A DNA stretch of 62,864 nucleotides from Proteromonas lacertae (taxonomy: Eukaryota): contig NGBS01001169.1 in the NCBI GenBank assembly GCA_002245135.1, positions 124,001 to 186,864 on the forward strand, read 5' to 3'. The notes under the pieces were generated by a model. The model saw only the letters and a program-made list of their open reading frames with translations. It did no database searches and was not told the DNA's origin. Position numbers and translations under genes: made by a program. Shown here piece by piece: positions 1 through 12,617 of the stretch (positions within the stretch are counted from its first letter, which is position 1; each line of letters starts with the position of its first letter).

Positions 1-3000
1 TGGCAAAATATCTTGACAATTCTACAGCACCTTGAGAACCAATAGGATTAGCTATAAAACACAAACATAAAAATATAAATATATATACATGTTAATGTGA
101 ATAATCTCAAGAATTGCATTTTACCTTTTTCAAGTATATCTGCTAAACATTTTATTCCTTGACTATTTATTCCACAATTACTTAAATTCAATATTTCAAT
201 GGGTAACTCATATTTATCTAAAGTATCACATAATTCCATCATTGAATTCTCATTAATATCATTAAATGATAGATTAAGTCTTCTCAATTTTGGTAATTTT
301 CCAGCTTTAATAAATCTAGCTAAATACTTGAATGAAGAAGGTGAAAGATGACATCTTGATAGATTCAATTCAGCTACAGATGTTAATTCAGGAGAAGTAG
401 ATAGAAGAACATGTATTGCTTGTAATGTATAAGTTTTAACAGACAAATCAATAAGTGTTGTAGCTTTTGGATCAATTTTAGAAAACATATTATCAATTTC
501 ACTTGATCTTGGAATATGAGATGACAAAGCTGGACATTGTGGATGAGATAAATGGTTATATAATTCTTCACATTCATCAGGATCTCCACTAACATTAAAT
601 GTCTCTAATTTTGGACAATTACCACATCCTAAAGATCTATTGAGTATTTTTACACCATCATAACCAATATTATTACCATATAATAATAATGTCTTTAATT
701 CTGTTATTCCTTTTGATTCTAACAATGAACCAACATAATAGATTGAATGAGCATCAATATTTGACTCATGTAAATCAAGTACCTCTAATTTTGGACAGTA
801 TTTCTTTGATAAACATTCACATAAAAGCTTGATACACATTTGAGATAATTCAATTTCACATAGGTATAACTTCTTGATATTTGGATAGAATATTATTCTA
901 TTTATAATGTTTTGAGCATCATATGTATCTTTTGCTTTAATTATTTGAGTGTCTAATGTATTTGTTTCTATTGTAGTTTTACTTTCATCTGTATAACAAC
1001 ATAACTGCAATACAATATCTTCTGTTGATATTAACGACTTTAAATATTCATAATCTTCTGGTGTGCAGGATATATTCACTTCTAATTCAGTTTCTGGTTT
1101 GAAATCTTTTAAGAAATCACCTAAATTAACTATGAACTTATGGGGAAGAGGAATGTAACTGATTAAATCTAATTCATTTAAACTAGGACAGAGATTATTC
1201 TTTAGATAAAATGGTAATAAACTATCTTCATAAATACAATCTATATACATGATGATAATAATAAAAGAATAATATACTTGATAAATCAATCTGCTCTAAA
1301 TCAGAACTAACATCTGGTAATGATGATAAATGAACATAAATTGGGTAATTGAAAGAAAATTGACATGCCTTTAAATTACACCATAACTTGAAGTTTATAT
1401 AATTCTCTATAGAATTAAATATAAATAATATAATAATATAGAATACGTTCTAAATGTAAGTGAGTTGGCCATAACTTATCAATTGATAGTGATTGTAATA
1501 AAGCAACAGATTTCTCAGTAATTCCAACATCTCTACAATAAGCAGATTGTATACAACCAGACATATCTAATAACACTGAAATAATCTCAGTTGATATATC
1601 ACCAATATGATTATAACTTAAATCAACAACATTTAATCGATCTAATAAGCATTCATTCAGTTTAGATAGTATATATTTGGCTGATAGTTCTGTCAATCCT
1701 GTATTTCTGAGGTAAATATTATCAATTGATCCTAACACTCCACTAGCAAGTAATTCGAATATATAATCAATATCAGTGAATGATAATTGTATTCCAGTCA
1801 AATCAATAATACCTTTATTGTTATTGTAGTTCTTTATAATATCTTGAACAACATCAATATTCGGTATTTCACTATTTATAAAATAATAATAATAAGTTTT
1901 ATATATACTATTCTGTATTAGCCCATGTAGATAATACATCATATATCTCTTCAATTCTACTAACCAATTCATTCAATTCATACCTTTCATTCATATTTTT
2001 ATTAACACATTTCATTAGCAAATCAGTAATTTCTGGTGGACAAGAATCATCAAATGAATTAACAAGGAAACTATCTTCAATATTACTTGGATATCCAACA
2101 TAAGGATGTTTACCAGTTTCAATATAATAACCAATTACACCAAATTCCCATGACTGTAAATGAGATATATTGGAGGATTTAATATATTCTGGTGGTAATG
2201 ATGGCGTAATTTTACATACTTTCCATGATTGATGGCCTAAATGGTGAATAGATGGATAGACTGGTTCTAATGTATCATCTAAATACAAAGGATCTGTATT
2301 TGATGTTTGAGAAGGTGACATAATGATTGAATCACCTAAATCTTTGCAAAATATTGCTATATTTGTAGAATCATGGGATGAAGTATATATTATATTCTGT
2401 GGAATGAGATTTCTTGTTAAAACACGATGAGTGTTGAGAAACACATAAAAATTGACTATTTCTTTTAATATTAACTCATGAGTTGGATTTTTAATGAAAC
2501 TTTCTTTGCTCTACAAATAAAATAATAGAAATTAATATTATATACTTTTGGTTCATAATCAAAGAACATAAATATCAAATCTTCTCTAATAAATGAATTC
2601 TTTTCTTTGAATAAATATAACAAATCGGAAGTAGGATGAGACCTATATATATTAATTACAAAAAATATATATATATATATATACATAAAATATAATCGAA
2701 GTGGACATAAATATTTATGATATTTCAAACATCTATACACTAATAATTCATTCAATTCATTATCTCTTTGTTCATCCATATGTATTACTTTCATTATGTA
2801 ATGTTTACCATATATTGGAGTTCCTTCTAATGTACATTCTACATGGAAACTTCTCTCTCCTAATCTCTTTATTATATCAAAATGAAACGGCTCAATTGTA
2901 AAGAATTGATGATTCAAGCCATCTATATTGGTAAAATCACATTCTAATAACTTCTTTCTATATGTTAAGTTGTCATTTAGATTTCTTAACAATCTACAAC

Positions 3001-5154
3001 CTTCTTTGGATGTTGGATTTCCTTTAACAAGTGTAAGAAATGGTAAAAATCCATACTTTACAATATCTGCTAAATCAATTAATACTTCTTCAGTTAAAAC
3101 TACAAATATAAATATTAAATATACTATTCAAATCAAGTACTTCTAGATTCTGTAAGTTGTTATTCTTAATATGATCTAATAATATCTTCCAATCATCTCT
3201 TTTATCATCACCTAATGCCAAATAGTTTAATCTTGACATGAATGAATTAGATATTGATTCTAATATCAATTGAAGATCATTATCAGTTAATGGATTATTC
3301 TTTAATGTAAATTTATAAACACTTTTGAAGTTATAAGAAGTTTGAAAGCAATAACACAAACTTTCAATACAAACACTATCTAAATTACAATCTAATTCAA
3401 ATTAATAAATAAATTATCATAATTATATACCATTCATTTCTATTACTTCTAATTTGCTACATCTATTCAAACCATATAATAATAACAGTAATTCTTGATG
3501 ATAGAAGTTAGGTATGGAATTGAACTTTGAATTACTAATATTAATGATGTGTAAATCAGGAAATATCTCATTATATAATAAATCCTGTAATCTAAATAAA
3601 GAATAAATATCTAATGGATTTGATGATAAGTCAAGCAATTGAACTGGTTCTTTTAACTGTAAATCAAGTGATTTTAATATTGCTTTCAATGAATTAGTTG
3701 TAATATTTGAATGCTTTACTTGATCAGGAACGCTCCATTTGAAGAAATCAACACCAGTTGTTGAATCAGGAAATAATGTCTTTGGATCAATTTCATTACC
3801 ATTATTAATAGCTTTCATTATTGAATCATTACCATTTATTATACCTGCGAAATTGAATTTACTTTGATCAGAATCTCTTAAGATAATATTCTTTACTGTA
3901 TGAATCATGAATTTACTGTTTATTAATTCTATGAATTGTTCAGGTGATGTTATATCCAAACCTTTATCAAACCATATTGTTGTTAGATTTGGATAATAAT
4001 TCTGATTCAAATATGTATTTTCTGTTGTAGAATTTGATTCAACTATAATATATATATATATATATATATAATTATACTTCTATATTTAATAGATTTAATA
4101 TATTGTAGACAATTAATTGAACCAACTCTGTTATATATTTCAACAATATTTTGGTTATTATAAGAAATATCCGTGAAATCAATAGCATATTGACTCATTC
4201 CACTTTGTAATTTATATATAAATAAAGCAATTTCTCCATAACAAGTTGGCGATATAAAGTGTCTATGAATTAATGAAATTCCTGGATTTTGACTATTCAT
4301 TATTTGCTGCATTATACCTGAGGTTATTATATTCTTCACTTCTATCGCTCTAGTATTGGAATCCAAAACTATTTATTTAATAATTATTATATATATATAT
4401 ATACATTTTGGTGGAATTGAGATTAAATTAATAGTTCTTAACAATGATTTAATATTGTCTTGAATATTAATCATTTCCCAGTTTGTCTGTGCCCATAATG
4501 ACACTTTGTATAATAAATACATTTCACCAACATCAGCTGGTAAATATAAATATGGTGAATTACATATATTGGAGATTATTAAATAATCATAATTCAAAAA
4601 GTCATCTGATTCTAAATAAAAGTTTGGAAATTGCTTTACTAAATAAAGTGATTTTGTTTCTAAATTCTCTAATTTGTATTTATGACTTAATGTGAAAACA
4701 TCAATTGAATTATGAAGTGTAAGCTGTGTATCATAGTATCTATTTATTATGAATATGATATATTTATACTCTAGAATATTATTTTGTAGTTGCTCTAACT
4801 TCAATTGTATAGCAACCTCGTATAATCCAGATGCATTTTCGTCAGATATTTTAATCTATAAAATATTATTATACACAAATTATACATCACCAAAATGAAG
4901 ATATTCAATAGCTTCTAACAATCTAGCTGAATTGACATTATGTAAATGAACTTTATTATCTTGAATAATAGAAGAATCTGAGCACATTACATAGAGTAAA
5001 GCTTTTGATCCAGGATACGAAACGTCATCCAGAATATATTCCATATCACAGATTGAGCTTTGTGCTAGTATATTCATCAATCTATATCCATGTATAATAA
5101 TGCAAAATCATACCTTCCACATAATATTTTCTGATTTATCTGTCTCGTTGCCAT
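1..5154 (-). CDS. Multi-exon BTB/POZ-BACK-LRR-pseudokinase-LRR protein (3' end runs off the window start)
   Basis: ORFs 4880-5080 (BTB-like), 4373-4804 (BACK-like), 3090-4010 (LRR), 1908-2992 (kinase fold: HYIMKV, TRNLIPQNI, DLG, LPPEY, WEFGVIGY) and 48-1880 (RNI-like LRRs) join in frame through short GT-AG introns (e.g. 52-88, 1241-1277, 1407-1446, 3100-3124, 3392-3430). ATG at 5154. Confidence 0.75.
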
Positions 5155-5243
5155 TCTATTTTTAAAAACAGTTTTCAATTGTTTTCTGAAATATTATCCG
5201 TTTCAGTATTCAAAAAAAGTAAATTTGAAATATCTCATCAATA

Positions 5244-6383
5244 ATGCATTCAACTGTGTTAATATTTGTGTTTGTGATATTTATTTCTTCTGTGAGAAGT
5301 GATAATTATGAAGGTGATTATTATAAAATTGGTAATGATGTTCTTAACAGAGCTATTGATGCAGCAATTGCAGAAATGCTTAGACTGAATACAACAGATA
5401 AAAATAGTTTTGCTCAAATATTTGAAAGAGTATTTGGAACAGAGATTAGTATTCCCATCCCTTCTGTGTACTCATGCAGAAATGAAGTTTATCCATTGCA
5501 TGATATAGGTGTGTTAAGCTATATTTTAAAAAATAAAGAAATAGTTTATGGTGCAAGTTCAATTACAAGACCACCAAAGATATATGATTGTACACCAACT
5601 TCTAAAGAGAGAAAAGGTAGGAAATTATATAAATGCAATGGATTTGAAGCAGAAGTAGGTCAAGCTGTTATGAATTTATTATCAAAACATTATTTAGGTG
5701 AAGAAGTTATTAAATCATATTTTGTAGAAGTAAAATGGAATTATAATGCAACTGACAATATGTTATACCATTTAGATAATGTATTTATATATTAATTATT
5801 TATTATTTTTTATATAGAATGTATATGATGCAATAATCAGTGGAATGAGTGTTGATGGTGAATGGACTTTACCAAATGGTGCTACAATTGATAGAAACAC
5901 TATATTTAAGTTCAGTTGTCCTTATCAAATAGGAGGTAGTGCAATAGTAGGAGGTAAAAAAGAATTACCAGAAGGTCTTGCTGTTATCAATAGTTTACAG
6001 TCATTAAACCATACTGATATTTATACATGTGTCGATTATGGTACTTCTATGGCACATCATTTAGAAGATGTGCTAACTAGAGGTACTATTGTGTATTGTG
6101 GAGTAAATGGCACTGAATCTTCTGATTGTAGGAAGTGGACTAATGAAGGTACAAAATGTCATGTTTATATTGCTCCAATATTGAATGCTTTGTATGATGA
6201 AAAAGTTCATGAGAATTTAACAAGTATTTTATACTATTATTATTATGTATAGTAAAATATATATTCGAAGAAGATAGTACACCTGTTGGAATTGCAATGA
6301 GATATGATTATGTTGATTTTGCAGTTTCTAATACTCCATGTGTGTTAATAATCATTGCTCTATTAATTTTCCTTATAGCATAA
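5244..6383 (+). CDS. Signal-peptide, C-terminally anchored type-2 periplasmic-binding-protein fold (SBP_bac_3-like, amino-acid binding)
   Basis: Introns 5781-5817 and 6224-6252. Motifs GFEAEVGQAV, YDAIISGMSV, FKFSCPY, INSLQSLN, VDYGTS, VGIAMR. Hydrophobic N-terminus and C-terminal VLIIIALLIFLIA*. Confidence 0.7.
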
Positions 6384-6499
6384 CAAATTAAATCAATTCT
6401 ATATATTTTTTTCCCTCCTCATTTAAATTAACCAAAAAAAACATAATTATGTTGTACGCACTATATATATATATATATATTATTATTATTATTATTACA

Positions 6500-7678
6500 T
6501 TATATAGACTCATAACTCTCCTCTGGTACAATCTTATTCCTTTTCACATCAGGTCTATAATCTGAAGAAGATTTCTCTAATTTCATATGTATACTATTAT
6601 CTTCTCCAGTCCTCGTACCTTTCTTCTTAGTGTAACTATACGAACTACATCTAGTTCTTACAGACGAAGATGATTTAACGAACAATAATTTACTTTCAGA
6701 ATCAAGTGTATTTGATCTGTATGAATAGCCAAACTCCTGTCTTAATGAGAATATCATTTCACTCATAGATGACATTTTAGGACTATGTATAGAATAATCG
6801 AAATGATAAGGAGGAGGATGGTTGGTGAATAAAACACGATGTAATTTTGAAAATATTGATTCACAAGGTGGTTTAGCCATTTCTGAACCTTTTGAATAGA
6901 AATATTCGATCCTTCTTGTTATTACATCATATTCATCATTTCCTAAAGTTAAATTAATTAACATTTCTTTTAAACAATAAACATAATCTTCATAGGATGT
7001 TGAGTTTATAAATATATTCATAAATGCTCTTATTGAATAACCATTACTTGAATATTCAGTCTTATTTTCTGAATCTTCTAATATTAATAAAATTACATCA
7101 AATGAAAGGACTGTATTATTGATTAAGTTTAGAAAATGATGAATTTGATCAATTGTAATGAATAAATTACTCAATATATTAGCCATTGATAATAATAAGG
7201 GCAATACATGAGATGCACTAAAAAATATGAAAGTACATATAAATAGAAAGTATCTTGGATAAGTTATATTTGCTATTAATTATATATAATTATTATAATT
7301 ATACTATGTTGGAAAAAATGTTCAATTAGGTTGTGATATTTCTTGTCAAAATACCGCACAAATACTGACAATGGAATTGTACCATCAGCTTGGTTCTCTC
7401 TCCACAAAGTGAGATATGAAAACAATATCTTATTTACATCGTGATGGTTTACTATTCATACAATTTATAATTAAAAAAATAAATGATATACAAAACAAAA
7501 CAGAGGCCATTTTACTACATTTTGAATCTAACTCAACAATGGGTTTATTTGGAATTTCCATATTGTTATTAATTATTTCCCTAAATGCTAATTCCTAATA
7601 ATATATGTATAAAAAACATACTAACAGAGTTCTATAATCCACTGACATTGCAGTTTGAACGCATGATAACTCTGTCAT
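6500..7678 (-). CDS. Hypothetical protein, possibly with degenerate EF-hand-like loops
   Basis: ORF 6500-7204 extends through short introns to ATG 7678 (MTELSCVQTAMS). Weak EF-like segment QADGTIPLSVF. Confidence 0.5.
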
Positions 7679-7931
7679 ATCTATCTTTTATAAATATAAA
7701 TGCTAAATTTAAAATGATTTATCTGCTACTTATCGATCTATGAAGTAACTAATGTATAACGAATAATAAAATCAAACTAAAGCTTGATTTTTATTTTAAA
7801 AAAATAATTGCATATATTAAATGAATTACATATTTGAAAAACAAACAATATCCCAATAAGCAATACCTCTATTTGGATTTAAAATAATAATAATTAAAAT
7901 TCATTCATTTTTATTAACAAATGTAATTTCT

Positions 7932-9076
7932 TTATGAAGATGATGGTTGTTGCTGTTGTAAATATTGGTACATTTGATCTTGCAAATTGTAATAGCTATG
8001 ACATCCAAATTCTGTTCCTTCTAATTGACATTTAACTTCCATATTATAACTCTTATGTAAATTAGCAACCATATGAATATTACCAGTTAAATATTGACCT
8101 TCATTAGCACCAATTGGGGTAGGAAATAATAATCTACATTGATACCAGTGAGTGTCTAAATACAATTAAAAAAATAAAATATAATATTATATATATATAT
8201 AATACAATCGCTATCTGGAGATGTAGACAAAACAACAACTTCATTACTTCCATTGAAACTAACATCAAACCAATTTGCTATGCCATTTATAACACATGGC
8301 TTATTTATTCTCAATCTAAATGGTATATCAATAACATGCAAATCCTCAGGTTTATTATGTAAAAAATCAATTAAATAACTAGCTTTCTCATCTGTTACAA
8401 GCTGATTTGAATTGAAATAACCAATCAGTGGTTGACTTAACATCTCTCTTATACTGTGTTTATATAATTCAGATACATCAACACCATAAAAATCAGTTTG
8501 ATTCCAAAACTGAACTTTATCGAATTGTTCATCATATAAACTCTGATCTTGGAATAATGAGATGTAAATAGTACCTATTGATGGAAACATCTTACCTCCT
8601 TTATCTTTTAAAAATCGCTGTCTTGCTATTATATAAGATTCTAACATTCTTTCATGAACTAAAAAGAAACCCATTGGTTCAGATATTATTATATCTACTT
8701 TTTCTGGTATTTCAATCTCTTCTACTTTTCCATGTATAACTTCTATTATTTTCTCTTTGTGATTGGCTTTAACTAATTTCTTTGCATAATCTGCCATTTT
8801 ACTTATTTCAATTGCATATACTTTTTTTGCACCTGCCTGAGCAGCAAAGAAAGATAAAATGCCAGTTCCAGTGCCAACATCTAAAACTACTTTACCTTTG
8901 AAATCGGAAATGTTATTGATTATTGCTTTTTGATATGTGCCTGTTCTGACATAATCTTGAAGCATATTCTGCTGATGTTGTAACATTCCATAATAATGAA
9001 AGAATGGGTGTTCTTCTAATTCATCTTTCGTTATATCTACTTCCTCTTCTTGGATTTTTGATGATATTTTAGACAT
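7932..9076 (-). CDS. CARM1: Protein arginine N-methyltransferase 4 (CARM1 catalytic core)
   Basis: FFHYYGMLQHQQNMLQDYVRT, VLDVGTGTGILS, IISEPMGFFLVHERMLESY. THWYQ loop follows one intron near 8156-8205. Confidence 0.93.
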
Positions 9077-9254
9077 AGTATTGGATTTTACAAAGAAAAA
9101 TGAAATGAAAGTTGAAACAAAACGAATATATTTCTAATTTAATTTGGAATTAAAAGAATTTATAATATATTTTACATATATACTTTACAAAATATATTTG
9201 TGTGAATAATTATTCTCATTTTCAAAAATAAATATAAAAACACTAATAAGATAA

Positions 9255-10183
9255 TTAATTTGGAATCATAAAAACTAGATTATTCTCTGGTTTTCCTGTG
9301 CCAATATAAATACCTCCATATCTTGGCTTTAATGTATGATGGAAATAGTGATAACCTGGCCACTTTAAATTATGAATCATTACTAGTGTCTTTGTTGCAT
9401 TATAAGATCTACACCAAACGCCTTTAGGTAAATCTTCTGTAATAGGATCAAGAAAATCACCTGGATCAATAATACCAGTTCGTTGAGAAACATCTCCTTT
9501 CTTTGGATCAGCTGACTTTCTAAAGTGGAAATAATTATGTAATTTACCTGCTTCTATACTATTCATTCCTTCATAAGCTGTGTTTTCGATTATGTCATGT
9601 GTTGAAGAGACTATATAAGCACCTTTTGGTATTACATCTATTTCTGGCTCAATATGTTGTATCATATGAACTAATCTATGACATTCTTGAAACTTTATTA
9701 TTATTGGCTCTGGTTCTTCTTCAGGTTCTTCATCTTCTTCACCATCACCAGCTTTTGGTTCTTTTGGAGGTGGTTCCTCTTCTTTTTCTTCAAGCGTTTC
9801 TGTTGGAGTTCCTTTTAATGGACCTCCTGGTTTTGCAGCATTTTGTTTTTGCCAATCATTCATTTCTGGGAATGGTATTAAATCATAATTTTGAGATGTG
9901 CTATTAATAAGATTAAAATAACTTAATATACCAGTAATAATATTGTTTTGAAGGTAATTCACAATAATCACCATCTTTCAAACTATAAGCTATGAAATAG
10001 TCGGCTTCAGTACCAAATATTTTACCCCATAAATATATTTTATTCACACCTGTTGCTGACAACTTTGTAAACGCTAATTCTAAACCTGCTCTCTCTTCGA
10101 TATTTAATTGTACTCCTATTTCTGGCAAGATATTTAAATCTTCTAATCTATATAAATTATATAATTCAATGAATATACTCCAT
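9255..10183 (-). CDS. RSPH9: Flagellar radial spoke head protein 9
   Basis: GVQLNIEERAGL, LWGKIFGTEADYFIA, IPKGAY, YFHFR, DLPKGVW, LKWPGY, GIYIGTGKPENNLVFM. 5-nt first coding exon (ATG GA) then an intron. Confidence 0.88.
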
Positions 10184-10456
10184 AAAAAACAAATAACTAT
10201 TAAAAAAACGGAAATGATCAAGTCAATAATCAAACCTAATTTAAGACAAACCTGAGCTTGTTTTCTTCAAAGTTTTTTTCATACTTGAAATGGTTTATTC
10301 TGAATTTTACTGAGAAACTTTATTCTTTGCCAAATATTACAGCTTTTACTCAAGTTAGAAATAATTATTTAAATTATGTTAAGTTAAAGGTATTTGGCTA
10401 TAGCTGATGTTGAAATAGGTGAATCAATAAATATGTACAAATGTATATATAGTTAA

Positions 10457-10999
10457 TTATTCAACATTCGAGAATTCATATCCTAATTCTTTCTTTTCTT
10501 CTTCTGATGTTCCATCCAATTTTATTCTTTCAATTGATGAAAATTCATATAAAAATGATTTCAATTCTGATTTATCTATATCTTCTTTTACTGTTATTGA
10601 TAATTCTTCTAAAATATCAAATATTTCTTTATTTTCTTTCATTAATCTTAACTCTCTTTCATTTAATTCATTTCCTTCTAGATTTATCTTTCTTATTTCA
10701 TATTTATTATCTTTCAATATTTCTATTAACATCTCCAATCCTTTTTCACTCATTCCAATATCTATTAAACTAAACTATATTTATAGAATACTTGAAACAT
10801 TCAACGATAATGGATAAAGTTTAACAACAAATTTATCAAAATATTTACATATTATTTCAATTCCTTCATTTCCAATTGGATTATTGAATATTGAAATACA
10901 CTTCACCTTTTTGGGTAATAAATCCATTAATTCTTTTAATCCTTTATAACTAATTCTGTTATTGGAAAAATCAAGTCTTTTAATAAACTTCATCATCAC
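10457..10999 (-). pseudogene. Orphan 3' fragment of an LRR gene, duplicated from or converted by the 14441-17677 gene
   Basis: Translation is identical to the last two exons of the pseudokinase-LRR gene and keeps the same intron. The upstream frame hits a stop near 11051 and no kinase exons are present. Confidence 0.7.
10483..10966. repeat. Direct repeat copy 1 (~484 bp, partner at 14464-14947)
   Basis: Line-by-line comparison shows apparently identical sequence at offset 3981. Confidence 0.92.
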
Positions 11000-11138
11000 T
11001 AATATTGATAGTTTTTTTTCATTTGGTCTGGTAATTTGAAAGATGTTAATCTATACCCAATATTCCAAGTAGGTCATTTTGAGCTGGGTAATATTTGCTT
11101 ATATCATGCAACTCTTCAATATTTCTATTATATCCTTT

Positions 11139-11237
11139 TCAGCCTATTAATAATACACAATGGTCTGATAAATCTTCTTTTTTATCCTTTTCAGCTTTTA
11201 AATAATGAAATGAATCATACACCCCATTTGTTATAAG
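11139..11237 (-). pseudogene. Short papain-family (C1A) protease fragment
   Basis: Translates LITNGVYDSFHYLKAEKDKKEDLSDHCVLLIG*, resembling the GVY...HAVLLVG catalytic-His segment. Confidence 0.45.
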
Positions 11238-11246
11238 CCTTACTAA

Positions 11247-12537
11247 AATTTTCTATTTTATGAAAATAAATGCAGTTATAGTAATACAAAATATTTGTCT
11301 GATCCAGTTAATTGTGTAATAATTGGTTGGGATGATAATTATAGCAAATCAAATTTTAAAATAATACCTTTTCAAGATGGTGCTATTTTGATGAGAGTAT
11401 TTGGAATTAAAAGTATTACATATTTGTGGATATCTTATGATAACTATAGGTTTTATAGTTATTCATTTGGAGATATTGATAAATCCTTATTTAAAGATAA
11501 TTCAATAAAAAATTATGCTTATGATAATCCTGCAGTTAGAACTGCTTTATGGAGATGTTTCGAAAAAGCTTATATGTCAGAAGAGTATGGAATTAAAATA
11601 CCTGAAGTGGAAGGCAGTACAATGAATGTATTTAATACAACATTTATTAATAATGAATATTTAATAGCAGTAAAATACTTTACAACAGGAATGGTTTATT
11701 ATTAATTAATATTTGAACAAAATAATGAATTAATAATGATTGATGAAGGTTATCATAATATAAGGGGATATTATACATTTATATTAAAAGATCAAATCAA
11801 ATTGATAACAAATAAATTTTCAGGGAAAGTAGCAATTAAAGGAAATGTAAATTTTTATGTATTACCTACAGAATCAAAACATGATAATGATGTTATAAAA
11901 CGCAATCAAAGTTACATAAACAATTATGATATATATTAAGGACCATATCATGTTTATAGTAAAATAAGATATTATAAAACTCCAAACGATGAAGAATATG
12001 ACAGTTATGTCAGTTATGATAACTATTGTTATAATTGGTGAGTTTAATAATACTAGTTATTCTGAAGATATAATAATAGAATTAAGAGGATGTGATAATC
12101 CAATCCATAAATCTAAAATATTAACTAGTTATGATTTAAGTCAATTAGGTGATCATAAAGAATTTGATAATTTACCCTATTGTATAGAAAATAATGTATC
12201 TAATCCATGTAGAATCCAATTTCAACATACTGGAGATGGCAAATATTTACATAATATTGGCTTAATGTATAAAAATAGGGAATATTATCCAAGTAGTAAT
12301 AATGGTACAGATTTTCCAATTAATAATTATATACAAAAACTAAATGCCTATTTTCTGACTGAATTAGTTTATCTTCAAACAGTAACAGAAAATGATACAA
12401 CAATGCAAAATATGCTTTATGATAAAACAAATCAAAGTCTGTTTATTGGTGCTGATATGAAAGTAATTGCATTTTATGGAACTCGTGATGAATCGTCAGG
12501 CATTACATCAATTGGTGTTTACTATAAAAGAATATAA
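11247..12537 (+). pseudogene. 5'-truncated Cwp84-like C1A protease C-terminus + lectin-like domain + jacalin-like domain
   Basis: NCVIIGWDDNYSKSNF..P.QDGAIL..YLWISYDN; YAYD, NVF..EYLIAVKYFT, GYYTFILKDQIKL; C-terminal VIAFYG..ITSIGVYY. In-frame TAA at 11703 and 11937, a frame break near 12040, and no catalytic-Cys region. Confidence 0.65.
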
Positions 12538-12617
12538 AATTCATTCTTAATTATATATTATATATTTCCAAAAATAGTATATCAAAATCAGAAATAATAT
12601 TATCTATCCTACATTCT

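Noticed and set aside
11703..11939. TAA reassignment or readthrough suggested by two in-frame TAAs
   Set aside because: TAA terminates H4, Rac2, CARM1, PGS1 and others. This locus is also truncated and frame-broken, so pseudogenisation is simpler.
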